Positions 27,801-35,995 are shown, counted from the first letter of the stretch. The stretch: DNA of 64,000 nucleotides from Candidatus Omnitrophota bacterium (GCA_022711395.1 JAKLFA010000004.1:70361-134360); one strand, 5' to 3'. The notes: generated by a model not told the origin, from the sequence alone. Numbers and translations are program-made.

Positions 27801-29603
27801 ATATTTATCCGCCAAATCATCCAAGTATTTCTCAACATTGTTTCTCAATCTTTTCTTTTGTTCATCTGTCAAGCCATTCTCTTGCCCAAGGATATCCTTC
27901 ACCGCATCCGTGATCTTGACTCCATACATCGACCCCACAAAACGTGTTGCCCCGCCGCCAAAGTTGAAATGCGGGACCACTTTTCCTTCTAAATAGCCCT
28001 CTTCGGCTTCGGCCAATCTTTCCGCAGATAACGGATAGCGAGCCAAACTATCAACGCCTTTTCCTCTCCCCAAAGACGTTGGATCAATAACTTTTCCTCG
28101 AATACTCACTTTATTAATACGATCAACTATCGTTTCAATCCTTTTCTTCCAAGATTTTACCTCTTCTTCACTATCTCCTGCCGGTCCCTTCTTTATCTCC
28201 TCAGTCAACGCTTCCCAAGCAACAACAGTTTTCCCATTAATCTGCACTCTTTGCTGGACCAACCCCTCAATATCCCGCCCCATATCATCCTGCAACCGAT
28301 GGCGTTCATCATCTAATATGGAAGAATTAACTTCAGCCGCAGTCGCATTCTCAACCAGGGCTGTGGTCAGATCCACATCCATGGACCCTTCCGGTCCCTG
28401 CAAACCTTCGGCGACTAACGCAAGCTGTTCTTGAGAAAGAACTGCTCCATTGGTCCCATCACCGTTGATGCGGCTTGCGCGGATATTGTCCTGCAGCGTC
28501 CGGCCTTGCGCGTCACGCTGCGCGTCAAACCCGCCGGAAAAATACCGTCGGGGCATGAATTGGCCGGTCAAAGGATCTTCTTCCTCACGGATATATTCAT
28601 AAACACCTTTGCGGAAGGCCTCAACATACTGATCATAAATCGCGGTCCGGGTGGCTTCTGAATCTTCCAGATCCACGCCTTTGACCTTGTTCTGATCCGC
28701 GTAAGCCTGACCCAGCAGCGTTTCTTTCAAACTCATCTTGTACCACGTTGCCAAAACCATGGACTGATAGATCTGGCGGAGCTTGGCGAAATTTTCGCCC
28801 TCGTTCACTTCCTTTTCAATTTCAGGGATCAGGACCTCACGGATCACCTCAGAAGAAACACCACTGATCTCCTCAGCGGCATCATTGGTCTTTACGTTCA
28901 TCCCATACTGCGCATTGCCGATATTTTCACGCAAAGCCACATAATCCTCTTCGAGCATCACCTTCATGGAACTTTTCACAAGATAGGCTGCCCCATCTTT
29001 TTCGTAAACGACCGCTTCATTGGGAACGATCCAGATCTTCGTAAAGGTGCTGAGCGGAATATGCGTCGTGCCGAATTCTTTCTGCGCCCGGGCATACACC
29101 CTGTCCCAAAAGGCCTTGCCCAGATCTTTTTCCGGATACATCAAACTGGCCGAAAGCTGCTTTAACAGATAATCCTGGGCCAAGAGGTCCATGGCCATTT
29201 CGGTCTGGCCGAACGATGCCGGGACCACACGATTGCCTTCATAGGGAGACAAGTTGACCCACAGATCCTCTTCCGGAACGGTCAGCGACGCCAAAAAATA
29301 TTTGATCAATCGGACAGATTCTTCCCGAAGGGCCAAAGGATCAGCCTCCTCGTTTCCGGTATTAACAATAAAATGGAACTGCAACGGATTTTCCGGATCA
29401 GGACGGATGCCTTTGATCAAGACCGGAACATAGGTCGGACTGGTTGTGACCATTGTTCCAACGGCCGGCAATGTGGGCAAAATTTGCGCCTGAAGCGCAG
29501 ATGGCGGAATAATAAATGAGTTTAAGAACGTCAGGACAAGCAGGATCCTAAAGGCTTTAGTAAAAACGGTCTTTTCGGCAGAGTGATTCCGGTGCAGAAA
29601 CAT
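24891..29603 (-). CDS. Giant exported multidomain protein: signal peptide, shared N-terminal module, two tandem UDP-glucose-pyrophosphorylase-family (UDPGP-like) nucleotidyltransferase domains, and shared C-terminal PLPLP module.
   Basis: 1570 aa with signal peptide MFLHRNHSAEKTVFTKAFRILLVLTFLNSFIIPPSALQAQ. The two internal repeats (aa ~520-930 and ~1055-1450) each carry PHFNFGG(G/A)ATR, PPGHG, RTQRVND and KGG(T/S) motifs. These resemble the eukaryotic-type UGPase/UAP motifs LNGGLGT, PPGHGD and VKGGTL. The N- and C-terminal modules are paralogous to the 1293-aa protein. The UDPGP family assignment is from motif recall only, hence moderate confidence. Confidence 0.75.
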   Translation of the reverse strand: MFLHRNHSAEKTVFTKAFRILLVLTFLNSFIIPPSALQAQILPTLPAVGTMVTTSPTYVPVLIKGIRPDPENPLQFHFIVNTGNEEADPLALREESVRLIKYFLASLTVPEEDLWVNLSPYEGNRVVPASFGQTEMAMDLLAQDYLLKQLSASLMYPEKDLGKAFWDRVYARAQKEFGTTHIPLSTFTKIWIVPNEAVVYEKDGAAYLVKSSMKVMLEEDYVALRENIGNAQYGMNVKTNDAAEEISGVSSEVIREVLIPEIEKEVNEGENFAKLRQIYQSMVLATWYKMSLKETLLGQAYADQNKVKGVDLEDSEATRTAIYDQYVEAFRKGVYEYIREEEDPLTGQFMPRRYFSGGFDAQRDAQGRTLQDNIRASRINGDGTNGAVLSQEQLALVAEGLQGPEGSMDVDLTTALVENATAAEVNSSILDDERHRLQDDMGRDIEGLVQQRVQINGKTVVAWEALTEEIKKGPAGDSEEEVKSWKKRIETIVDRINKVSIRGKVIDPTSLGRGKGVDSLARYPLSAERLAEAEEGYLEGKVVPHFNFGGGATRFVGSMYGVKITDAVKDILGQENGLTDEQKKRLRNNVEKYLDDLADKYKKENAKEWTAEQRQQALDSFKATLTKELDLFNKSGREDIPMGPRQIIAYRVFLEKLADPDGTNPEKAKKVVNQAPIIVHLNGEIFSDVIEDLKAHSFYGFNAENVYVLVDDVFQGFSLTDNGGTKFEDKSGKLPPGHGFALEQFNRVQQVWKLDSKGVLSLVIDKTLLQLLSGRETPAEVIRTQRVNDVSLWTEDVGSVKRVAFFLDKVANDGAKVGIELVANPGKQKGGTWVTENIGGGAGMSFLVETLAMRSPEYAGLYNNSGEEEWPYNAFRNLYTVTGLKQMLTNARLRKYLRVVEKDGKFYFYTEMVTGDITQLALTPNDVIAFQLNDQKDMKSDQEKPEVIRDMKAPQDLGRAMQHIAQYNEFVPKEADPTNAAVLSGDEEQAKMGQDVVDLLARMSAEGKMDFFKALREKQDEELERVVNEVNALRINGEVVKSEDLEAGQVDVVSEYKAVEARLPEARNAYLEGKITPHFNFGGAATRLGLGSMYSIEIKDVVAALLGRPNKLTEKQRASLQKKLVETFTNEKTKVFDEAGMKKYLEDLAQKYDQELKLAESDQGMGPRQIIAYRQFLEKLAQEQGKDINDVIAKTKIVVHFNDMIFEEAAKDLFANDFYGFNRENVYILTDRVFKGFSPDEQGEMHFNGNSQQLPPGHGYALEQFKVQGQVYTMDAQGVFVKVEQNLLDVLESRGVDVIRTQRVNDLTMWTEDVGSVHRLAYFMDQMDKGVAIGIELVGNPKGQKGGSYLHHKPTGKTFLAETLALKTSDLQQVLDRSGKEKWPYNAFRNWYSIKGLKEVVAEVNLPRYLRVKGDSLYTEMVTGDVTQLAAAGKVAAFRHSPQELIHDLKSLKDIPEGLDFIAKWEGFMQETNAAVLNPAQMAEQARWKKGGIDFNPAFLNLTIERDANGVPLPLPQQPLETLKIDGFYPVIIEMTPVRNLPLILGVADSPQQREKRASGPQGDLSFLLN

Positions 29604-29643
29604 ATTCCCTCCTCAGATTGTGAAAGATAGATGGACTGCTAGA

Positions 29644-29664
29644 TAGAATATTTACTATATTCTA
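29644..29664. promoter_or_regulatory. Perfect inverted repeat TAGAATAT-ttact-ATATTCTA, 41-61 bp upstream of the giant-gene operon start; candidate operator.
   Basis: Exact 8-bp arms, read directly from the sequence. It lies in the 208-bp promoter region of the 1570-aa gene. Confidence 0.3.
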
Positions 29665-29811
29665 AAAGGGGCGTATTAAAAGTATATATTATAGAAAAAC
29701 GGATGGCAACCTTATTTAAAAAAAATAACATGTTGCGGATAAAGAACTTAAGGCGTTTTCGGGCCCGAATAATTAAATATTGCCGCAAGCGCTTCCCTGA
29801 AAATACTCCAA

Positions 29812-31248
29812 TTATTCACAAAAACTTTGCCCGCGACGACACAATTCCTTGGCATATTCGGTCCAAAGTCCTGACCCCCAATAGCGGAAACAGCTGGTTT
29901 GTGACAACAGCAGATACAAAAACGCATTCTGATACGCGCTGGATTGAACTTCTTTTTGGGTTGTGCCCTTAAATTTTCGATGGAATGCCGCACTCAGCTG
30001 ATTAATAGGGTCCATGACGTCCCCATAGCCGGCGACCCAATCCCGGTCATTGGTCCAGGAAGCCCTGTCCAGATTAAAACCCCGGTCTTTCTGTTTGATG
30101 CGGTCAATGGCTTGATCAGCCGCACCGGGGCCGTAGTTGCCGTTCATTTCAGACCAGATCCTGTGTTGATTGATCGGTTGGACAGGCAAAAAGTCCTTCT
30201 CCAAAACCCCTTCTTTTTTCAAAAGATCCAAGTATTCCGAACCGTTCAAACCCACGACACCGGTTGTGCCGACCCCATCAAACCCGATATTATAATCTCT
30301 CGGAAATTCATTCATCATGACCCCGCCGTTTTCCCCATCGCCGATCTGTAAAACATACAAAGGAATATTCTTGCCGGCATAATCTTCACGCCCGCGGCCA
30401 CGGGCCTCGGCCAACGGCTGCATTTGCGCGACAAGCTTAGTGTCCGATCCCTGGGTCTTGACCAGCACCGTGATCTCCAGTGTTTCGCCCAGCGAATTTT
30501 TAGCGATCAAACGATGCGGAAGATGCGGGCGGCGGATGCCTGAACCGTCGGGATTCTGGATCGTATGCTCCTGGACCATCAGCCATTCATATCCGCATTC
30601 TTTGAGCGCCTTGACATATTCATAACATTGATCCGGATGGATCGGAAGATGCATCTCCGGCGGAGAAAAGCCCTTGACCCGGCGGACAGCCTCTTCACCA
30701 AAAACAGCCGCGAAATGTTTGCGCCATGCCATGATATGCAGTTTCAGATCAGGAATAGGTGTCGAGGTCGCCACCGCATGAGACCACGTGGTTCCCAGCC
30801 ACTCGGCGTGCGTGAAATATTTCGGGTCACAAACGATCCCGCGTAATGTTTCGATCGTGTCCGAGGCCCCCATTTGAGGGATCCCCCACAAAAGATTGCC
30901 TGAATAATCGAGCATGATCCGCGGATTTTTTCCCCGGCCGACCAGATCCGGAATGAACTGCCCCATGCGCGTGTAGCACTGCAGAAAGACCGGCGCATTG
31001 TGATTATCGCCGACGCCCTGATTATCCATCATGTGTTTCAGATTCGAGATCAATGAGGCATTGCGCAAGTCACCGGCCCCCGCGGGGATCGTCGGCTGAT
31101 GCATATGCAGCGCGATACCGAAGGATGCCTGCAGATCCTTTAGGCGGACATTCGAAACTTTCGCGTAATCAAAATTCGGCCTTAACGCCTCAACATCTTT
31201 GGGAGTAAAAAAAATATCAGGAAGCCCATTGGAAAGGATACCGTTCAT
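29812..31248 (-). CDS. Glycoside hydrolase family 57 protein (alpha-glucan-active; exact specificity unknown).
   Basis: 478 aa with the GH57 HxHQP signature (ALHMHQPTIP). It sits in a block with the GH57 branching enzyme and the glucan synthase. Confidence 0.6.
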   Translation of the reverse strand: MNGILSNGLPDIFFTPKDVEALRPNFDYAKVSNVRLKDLQASFGIALHMHQPTIPAGAGDLRNASLISNLKHMMDNQGVGDNHNAPVFLQCYTRMGQFIPDLVGRGKNPRIMLDYSGNLLWGIPQMGASDTIETLRGIVCDPKYFTHAEWLGTTWSHAVATSTPIPDLKLHIMAWRKHFAAVFGEEAVRRVKGFSPPEMHLPIHPDQCYEYVKALKECGYEWLMVQEHTIQNPDGSGIRRPHLPHRLIAKNSLGETLEITVLVKTQGSDTKLVAQMQPLAEARGRGREDYAGKNIPLYVLQIGDGENGGVMMNEFPRDYNIGFDGVGTTGVVGLNGSEYLDLLKKEGVLEKDFLPVQPINQHRIWSEMNGNYGPGAADQAIDRIKQKDRGFNLDRASWTNDRDWVAGYGDVMDPINQLSAAFHRKFKGTTQKEVQSSAYQNAFLYLLLSQTSCFRYWGSGLWTEYAKELCRRGQSFCE

Positions 31249-31269
31249 AATAGCCCTCGCGGTAGAATG

Positions 31270-32877
31270 TTACTGAATATAATGTTTGGCGCAATCCATG
31301 TCCGAAAATATATTATCACGCCATTCGACTTCCGCCAACCAATCTTCATCGATCTGGTCTTGCAGAATGTCCTCGTAAAGTTTGGTGAAACGGGCAATGT
31401 GCAACCGCACCCGGCGGTTGGCATACGGGACCATGGTCCCTGATTTCATGATGAACGGCCAATCGCTGGCCTCGGCTAGAAGGAGCTCGCGGGCCGCTTG
31501 GTTCAAAGCACGGCGGACCAAGGTCGGCTGGGGGGTCTTGCGGGCAAATTTGGATTTATATTTAGTAGCGATCTCCACCATGCGTTCCCCGGCCTTATGG
31601 ATATGCCGATAGATCCAGTCATTGCCGCCTTCAAGCCAATATTCACTGTAACCTTTATATCCCCAGCTAGATGTCGAAGGAACAGCCATCTGGTTCGTGG
31701 AATATTCCGCCAGATACTCCGACGGAGTAATGGGCTTCACCGTATCCTGGTCAAAATGCATTTTCCGGAAAAGAAAATCCAGGAACATCGGACCTTCATA
31801 CCACCAATGGCCGTAAAGCTCAGCGTCATACGGCGCAACGATCATGGGTTTGCGGTCCATGTAGCGGGTCAGATGCTCGACCTGCTTCTCACGGTTAAAA
31901 AGAAAGTTTCCCGCGTGCTGCGCGGCCTTCTCCCTGGCCCAATCGGGGCGGTAAGCCTCCTTATATTCGCTCTTGCCTGTGATGCGCCAATATTTAATGC
32001 CGGTATTGACCCGGATCCCCGACGGATGAATGTAGGGCTTGATATAATCGTATTCCAGCTCATGGCCGATATCCCGGTAATATTCACGGTAATCCACGTC
32101 CCCCGGATAGCCTTCCTGAGCGCTCCAGACCTGTTTAGAAGATTCCCAATCACGTCCAAAAGCCGCCACACCTGCCGGCGTATAGATCGGCGCGTAAACA
32201 CTGTAACGTGGCCTCGGGTCAGCATTGATGATCCCGTGCGAATCCACGAAAAAATATCTTAAGCCCGCCTCCTTTAAGATCTCCTCCACGCCCGGCACAA
32301 ACCCGCATTCCGGAAGCCATATCCCTCGGGGTTTACGGTCAAAGACTTTTGTGTAATGCTCGACCGCGACCTGGACCTGCGCCTTGGCGACCTGCGGGTT
32401 CACGCCCAAGATCGGCAAAAACCCATGCGTGGCGCAGCAGGTGATGATCTCAAGGGCCCCGATATCCTGAAAATACTTGAACGCGCTGACAATGTCGCGG
32501 TTCAAATCCTCGGCGAAGAGCTTGCGGAATTCACGGAACCGGTGATTATACATGAGCGCCAGCCCATGATAATGCGGCTCGTAACCCGTGCGATGGATCT
32601 CCTGCTCGGAGAGTTGAATAAGCTTGTCCAGATGGCGAATGTACCGTTCCTGCAGAAGCGGGTCCTGAAGCATATTGATCAACGGCGGCGTCAAAGACAT
32701 CGTGATGCGGAACTTGACCTTGTCCCTCACAAGCCCGTCAAACACCTTTAAAAGGGGAATGTAGGTCTCTGTAATGGCTTCATACAACCAGTTTTCTTCG
32801 AGAAAATATTCTTCTTCAGGGTGGCGGACAAAAGGCAGATGCGCATGTAAAACTAGAGCGAGATATCCTTTGGGCAT
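31270..32877 (-). CDS. GH57-type 1,4-alpha-glucan branching enzyme.
   Basis: The N-terminus LALVLHAHLPFVRHPEEEYFLEENWLYEAITETYIPLL is near-identical in pattern to the Thermus/Thermococcus GH57 branching enzymes. The downstream blocks HGFLPILG, YDAELYGHWWYEGPMFLDFL and LLLAEASDWPFIM also match. Confidence 0.85.
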   Translation of the reverse strand: MPKGYLALVLHAHLPFVRHPEEEYFLEENWLYEAITETYIPLLKVFDGLVRDKVKFRITMSLTPPLINMLQDPLLQERYIRHLDKLIQLSEQEIHRTGYEPHYHGLALMYNHRFREFRKLFAEDLNRDIVSAFKYFQDIGALEIITCCATHGFLPILGVNPQVAKAQVQVAVEHYTKVFDRKPRGIWLPECGFVPGVEEILKEAGLRYFFVDSHGIINADPRPRYSVYAPIYTPAGVAAFGRDWESSKQVWSAQEGYPGDVDYREYYRDIGHELEYDYIKPYIHPSGIRVNTGIKYWRITGKSEYKEAYRPDWAREKAAQHAGNFLFNREKQVEHLTRYMDRKPMIVAPYDAELYGHWWYEGPMFLDFLFRKMHFDQDTVKPITPSEYLAEYSTNQMAVPSTSSWGYKGYSEYWLEGGNDWIYRHIHKAGERMVEIATKYKSKFARKTPQPTLVRRALNQAARELLLAEASDWPFIMKSGTMVPYANRRVRLHIARFTKLYEDILQDQIDEDWLAEVEWRDNIFSDMDCAKHYIQ

Positions 32878-32943
32878 GCTTTATGAATTCCTATAGAACA
32901 ACGGCCGCACCCAGAAACGCCAACAATACGTCCCTTCGGCGTC

Positions 32944-34398
32944 TCACGCGGCGGCGTCTTCACATTCAACATTTGAAATTTCGCCGTACTCGGTCTTATC
33001 CCGACCGGCAGCCGTGATGATCGAACGTTCGTGTTTCTTATTAAAAGACACAGCCTTAAAATCCAACGGAATATGGGTATCCGTCGGAAGGGCCATCCGT
33101 AATGTAAACGTCCCGTCTTCGCGCAACGGAATGACCTTATCTCCCCAAGTAACTGTCGCGTTAGGTTCCGTCCGGCCGTAAACGATCAATTCCGTTCCAA
33201 GCTCAAAGAAGAATCCCTCTTGGGGTTTCTGACGCTCCGAAGCGCCCCATGAAGAAACCAGCTCGCTGGCTCCTCCTAAGATCTCAACCGTGGGCCGGAT
33301 CTTTCGCCCGCGCATCCATGTTTCTTCTGATGCGCCTAAAAGCATCTTTTTGAAATAATCATATCCGGGAAGGTCCATATCTTCCAGATATTCCAGCATG
33401 ACATCACCTTCCATATCCGTTGCGATCGGTTGCTGGCCACGGCTTTTGCGGCGCTTCAAGATCTTTCTCAAAAGCGGGAACAAGCGGGAATAATACGCCC
33501 TGATGTCCGCTTCGGTCAAAAAGACCTTGAAACGGCGACCATGCGCCGGAACGGATGCCGGAAGCAAACCTTCTTCTTTCTCTCCGGGTTCAAACGCATA
33601 AACATACGGTTGAACCCCGGGAGCCCCTTCCGCTCCTCCTTCAGCTGCCGCATGTTGAACATCCATCCAGACCAGTTCTGAACGCGGAGAAATATATTCC
33701 CTGGGAGTTGTGACACAATTAGACCGCGCCAACGTGAAGAATCTCCCGTCCGGAGCGCGCAGACCGATATCCGCGCAATATGTCACATTATCGCTCCAAA
33801 GGTTGACGTACCAATTATTGGCATCCCTTCCAACAACCACATCAAACCAATGATTGGCGTTAGTGCCGTTGAAATCCACGAACGTCACATCATAAAGCCG
33901 CAGAACATGCACGCAGCGGCCCACTTCATCGCCGATCATAGCCCGCACGTCATCAACCGAAGAAGAGGCGATCTCCCAATACGCATGCACCCAATGCGGA
34001 TCACGCGCCAGAAGAGTGATGCTCGTAGACCCATAATTCTCCGGCATGATCTCGCTGTCCACAAAAACAGCTTTTTTAACACGGCTGACATGATCTAAAT
34101 TGTTCTGGATCATCCCCTGGATCTTAGGATGGTTCATACTCCTGGCAAGGGCGGATTCGACCCTGGCAGACGGCTCCTTGGGCAATGATGCTTTTTTGGT
34201 TGAGCGGGATTTTGCAACCGTAGACTTGACCCTCGGCTTCTTAATCGTTTCCTTTTTAACCGCTGCGGTCTTTGATGATGCCTTTTTCACAGCAGGCTTC
34301 TTGGCAGTTGCTTTTTTTAAAACTTTTTTTATGACTTTTTTGACTGTATCATCCGCCACCATTGACTCCTTAGGTTCCGTAAATTGACAAGACCTCAT
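32944..34398 (-). CDS. Protein with a Lys-rich histone-H1-like N-terminal tail, a DUF4912-like domain and a C-terminal beta-sandwich.
   Basis: The N-terminal tail is KKVIKKVLKKATAKKPAVKKASSKTAAVKKETIKKPRVKSTVAKSRSTKK. DPHWVHAYWEIASSSVDD resembles DUF4912, which I recall as frequently adjacent to GH57 genes. The C-terminal region reads FFFELGTELIVYGRTEPNATVTWGDKVIPLREDGTFTLRMALP. Confidence 0.45.
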   Translation of the reverse strand: MRSCQFTEPKESMVADDTVKKVIKKVLKKATAKKPAVKKASSKTAAVKKETIKKPRVKSTVAKSRSTKKASLPKEPSARVESALARSMNHPKIQGMIQNNLDHVSRVKKAVFVDSEIMPENYGSTSITLLARDPHWVHAYWEIASSSVDDVRAMIGDEVGRCVHVLRLYDVTFVDFNGTNANHWFDVVVGRDANNWYVNLWSDNVTYCADIGLRAPDGRFFTLARSNCVTTPREYISPRSELVWMDVQHAAAEGGAEGAPGVQPYVYAFEPGEKEEGLLPASVPAHGRRFKVFLTEADIRAYYSRLFPLLRKILKRRKSRGQQPIATDMEGDVMLEYLEDMDLPGYDYFKKMLLGASEETWMRGRKIRPTVEILGGASELVSSWGASERQKPQEGFFFELGTELIVYGRTEPNATVTWGDKVIPLREDGTFTLRMALPTDTHIPLDFKAVSFNKKHERSIITAAGRDKTEYGEISNVECEDAAA

Positions 34399-35530
34399 CC
34401 GCTATAATGTCCCATGAAAACACGGACTCAGCTGCGATGCGGCCATTACGGCCCATCCAACGGGCATCATCAAAATCTTCGAACAGCGTCCCGATCCCCC
34501 AGGCGATCGATTCCGGATTATCAGAAATCTTCAGTCCATTGACCTCATGCCAGACGATCTCTGAAGGACCGCCTTTGTCGCTTGCCACAACAGGCTTACC
34601 AGCGCTCCAGGCCTCCAGGATCACGATCCCGAACGGCTCGTTGCGGCTGGGAACGCAAACACAATCCGTCGCCTTAAAGAGATCCTTCAGCTTCCATCCA
34701 TTGACATGGCCCAAGAACCGGCAGGCATGCTTAACGCCCATGTGAAGGGCCTGCTCCTCAACCTGCCGCCTCATTTCGCCATCCCCGGCAAAAACAAATT
34801 TTGTGTTGGGATAATAATTCAAAACATACGGGATCGCGCTTACCAAAAGGTCCACACCCTTTTGATAGACCATGCGCCCCACGAACAAAACCATCGGGTC
34901 CATCGGCCCAATATCATACATCCTCTTAACGCCGGCCGGCTCGATCCAGCCGTCAAACTGGCGATAATCAATCCCGTTATAGACCACATCCACCTTCTCA
35001 TTCGGCGTGCTGTAGATCCATTGCACTTCATTTTTTAAGGCATGCGAAACAGCGATCACATGGTCTGCTTCATAACAAGCTTCCCATTCAATATGGCGAA
35101 TTCGCTCAGAATTGCCTCCAAAGAAATTGTTTCCGCAACGCCCATACTCTGTTGAATGGATCGTAAAAACCGTATGATGCGCCCTTCCCTTTTTAATCCA
35201 ATACATTGCAGGGGCCGCAAGCCAGTCATGCGCATGGATCACGTCAAAACGCCCGACATGGTCTTCTGTTTCAAAAAATGAATTGCAAAAAGACCGGCAC
35301 ATATTATGGATCTCTTCAATAAAATTTTGATTGGAATCAAAAGGGCAGCGGTGATAATGAACACCGTGTATGCATTCATGACGCGCGTGATTAGGGCGTC
35401 CCATCCGGGTAAAAACATGAACTTCATGTCCCTTACGCTGAAGGGCGCAAGCGAGTTCTGTCACATGAAAGGCCACCCCTCCAATATAGATCGAATGAAC
35501 AGCCTCCCAAGACAAAAGTGCAATACGCAT
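34370..35530 (-). CDS. GT4-family retaining glycosyltransferase, probable alpha-glucan (glycogen) synthase.
   Basis: The N-terminus MRIALLSWEAVHSIYIGGVAFHVTELACALQRKGHEVHVFT is typical of the GT-B glycogen/glucan synthases found next to GH57 branching enzymes. The C-terminal GT-B half carries E..G motifs (LEAWSAGKPVVASDKGG). Confidence 0.6.
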   Translation of the reverse strand: MRIALLSWEAVHSIYIGGVAFHVTELACALQRKGHEVHVFTRMGRPNHARHECIHGVHYHRCPFDSNQNFIEEIHNMCRSFCNSFFETEDHVGRFDVIHAHDWLAAPAMYWIKKGRAHHTVFTIHSTEYGRCGNNFFGGNSERIRHIEWEACYEADHVIAVSHALKNEVQWIYSTPNEKVDVVYNGIDYRQFDGWIEPAGVKRMYDIGPMDPMVLFVGRMVYQKGVDLLVSAIPYVLNYYPNTKFVFAGDGEMRRQVEEQALHMGVKHACRFLGHVNGWKLKDLFKATDCVCVPSRNEPFGIVILEAWSAGKPVVASDKGGPSEIVWHEVNGLKISDNPESIAWGIGTLFEDFDDARWMGRNGRIAAESVFSWDIIADEVLSIYGT

Positions 35531-35532
35531 CT

Positions 35533-35995
35533 CTAAACAAGCTCCTTTACCGAATTTAAGGTGCCATGCGGGTTGAATACCGTGGCCTTGTTATGAGGAT
35601 CAATCTGCCATTCTCCATCCACAAAAAATTTATACTCATAACGTCCAGGCCCGGGCAGGGTAACCTTTCGGCGCCAGACACCATCTTTAAACCGTTTGAG
35701 CGGGATCTTGCGGTTCCATCCCGTAAAATCACCAATAACCGCAACTTCAGAAGCGTTCGGGCATGGCCAGATAAAATCAATGGCCTTCTCTTCTTTGGAA
35801 GAATCCCCTTTCATCAGTTCATCAGCCTTAACACCAAGAACTTTCGCAATATCTTTAAGCACAGACGCTTTCAGCTCTCGTTTGTTTGATTCCCACAAGC
35901 AAATCGCCTGACGTGATACGCCAAGCTCTTCAGCTAATTTTTTTTGAGTGAATTTTCGCTTTTGTCTGACTCGTTTGAGATTTTCACCGAACATA
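35533..35995 (-). CDS. XRE-family HTH transcriptional regulator fused to a CBM48/AMPK-beta-type glycogen-binding domain.
   Basis: The HTH is LKRVRQKRKFTQKKLAEELGVSRQAICLWESNKRELKASVLKDIAKVLGVKADELM. The C-terminal domain (WPCPNASEVAVIGDFTGWNRKIPLKRFKDGVWRRKVTLPGPGRYEYKFFVDGEWQIDPHN) matches the early-set glycogen-binding fold (CBM48 / isoamylase N-terminal domain) of AMPK beta and GlgB N-termini. The track ORF starts at 36030. I prefer Met13 (ATG at 35995), which has a GAGGA RBS 6 nt upstream. Confidence 0.7.

Noticed and set aside
24795-32751. Numerous plus-strand ORFs of 60-250 aa inside the giant genes and GH57 genes (for example 25812..26162, 26434..26781, 31498..32262, 32356..32751).
   Set aside because: They are antisense shadow ORFs within long, strongly supported minus-strand genes. 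Their biased composition (R/P/S-rich) is typical of the reverse frame.
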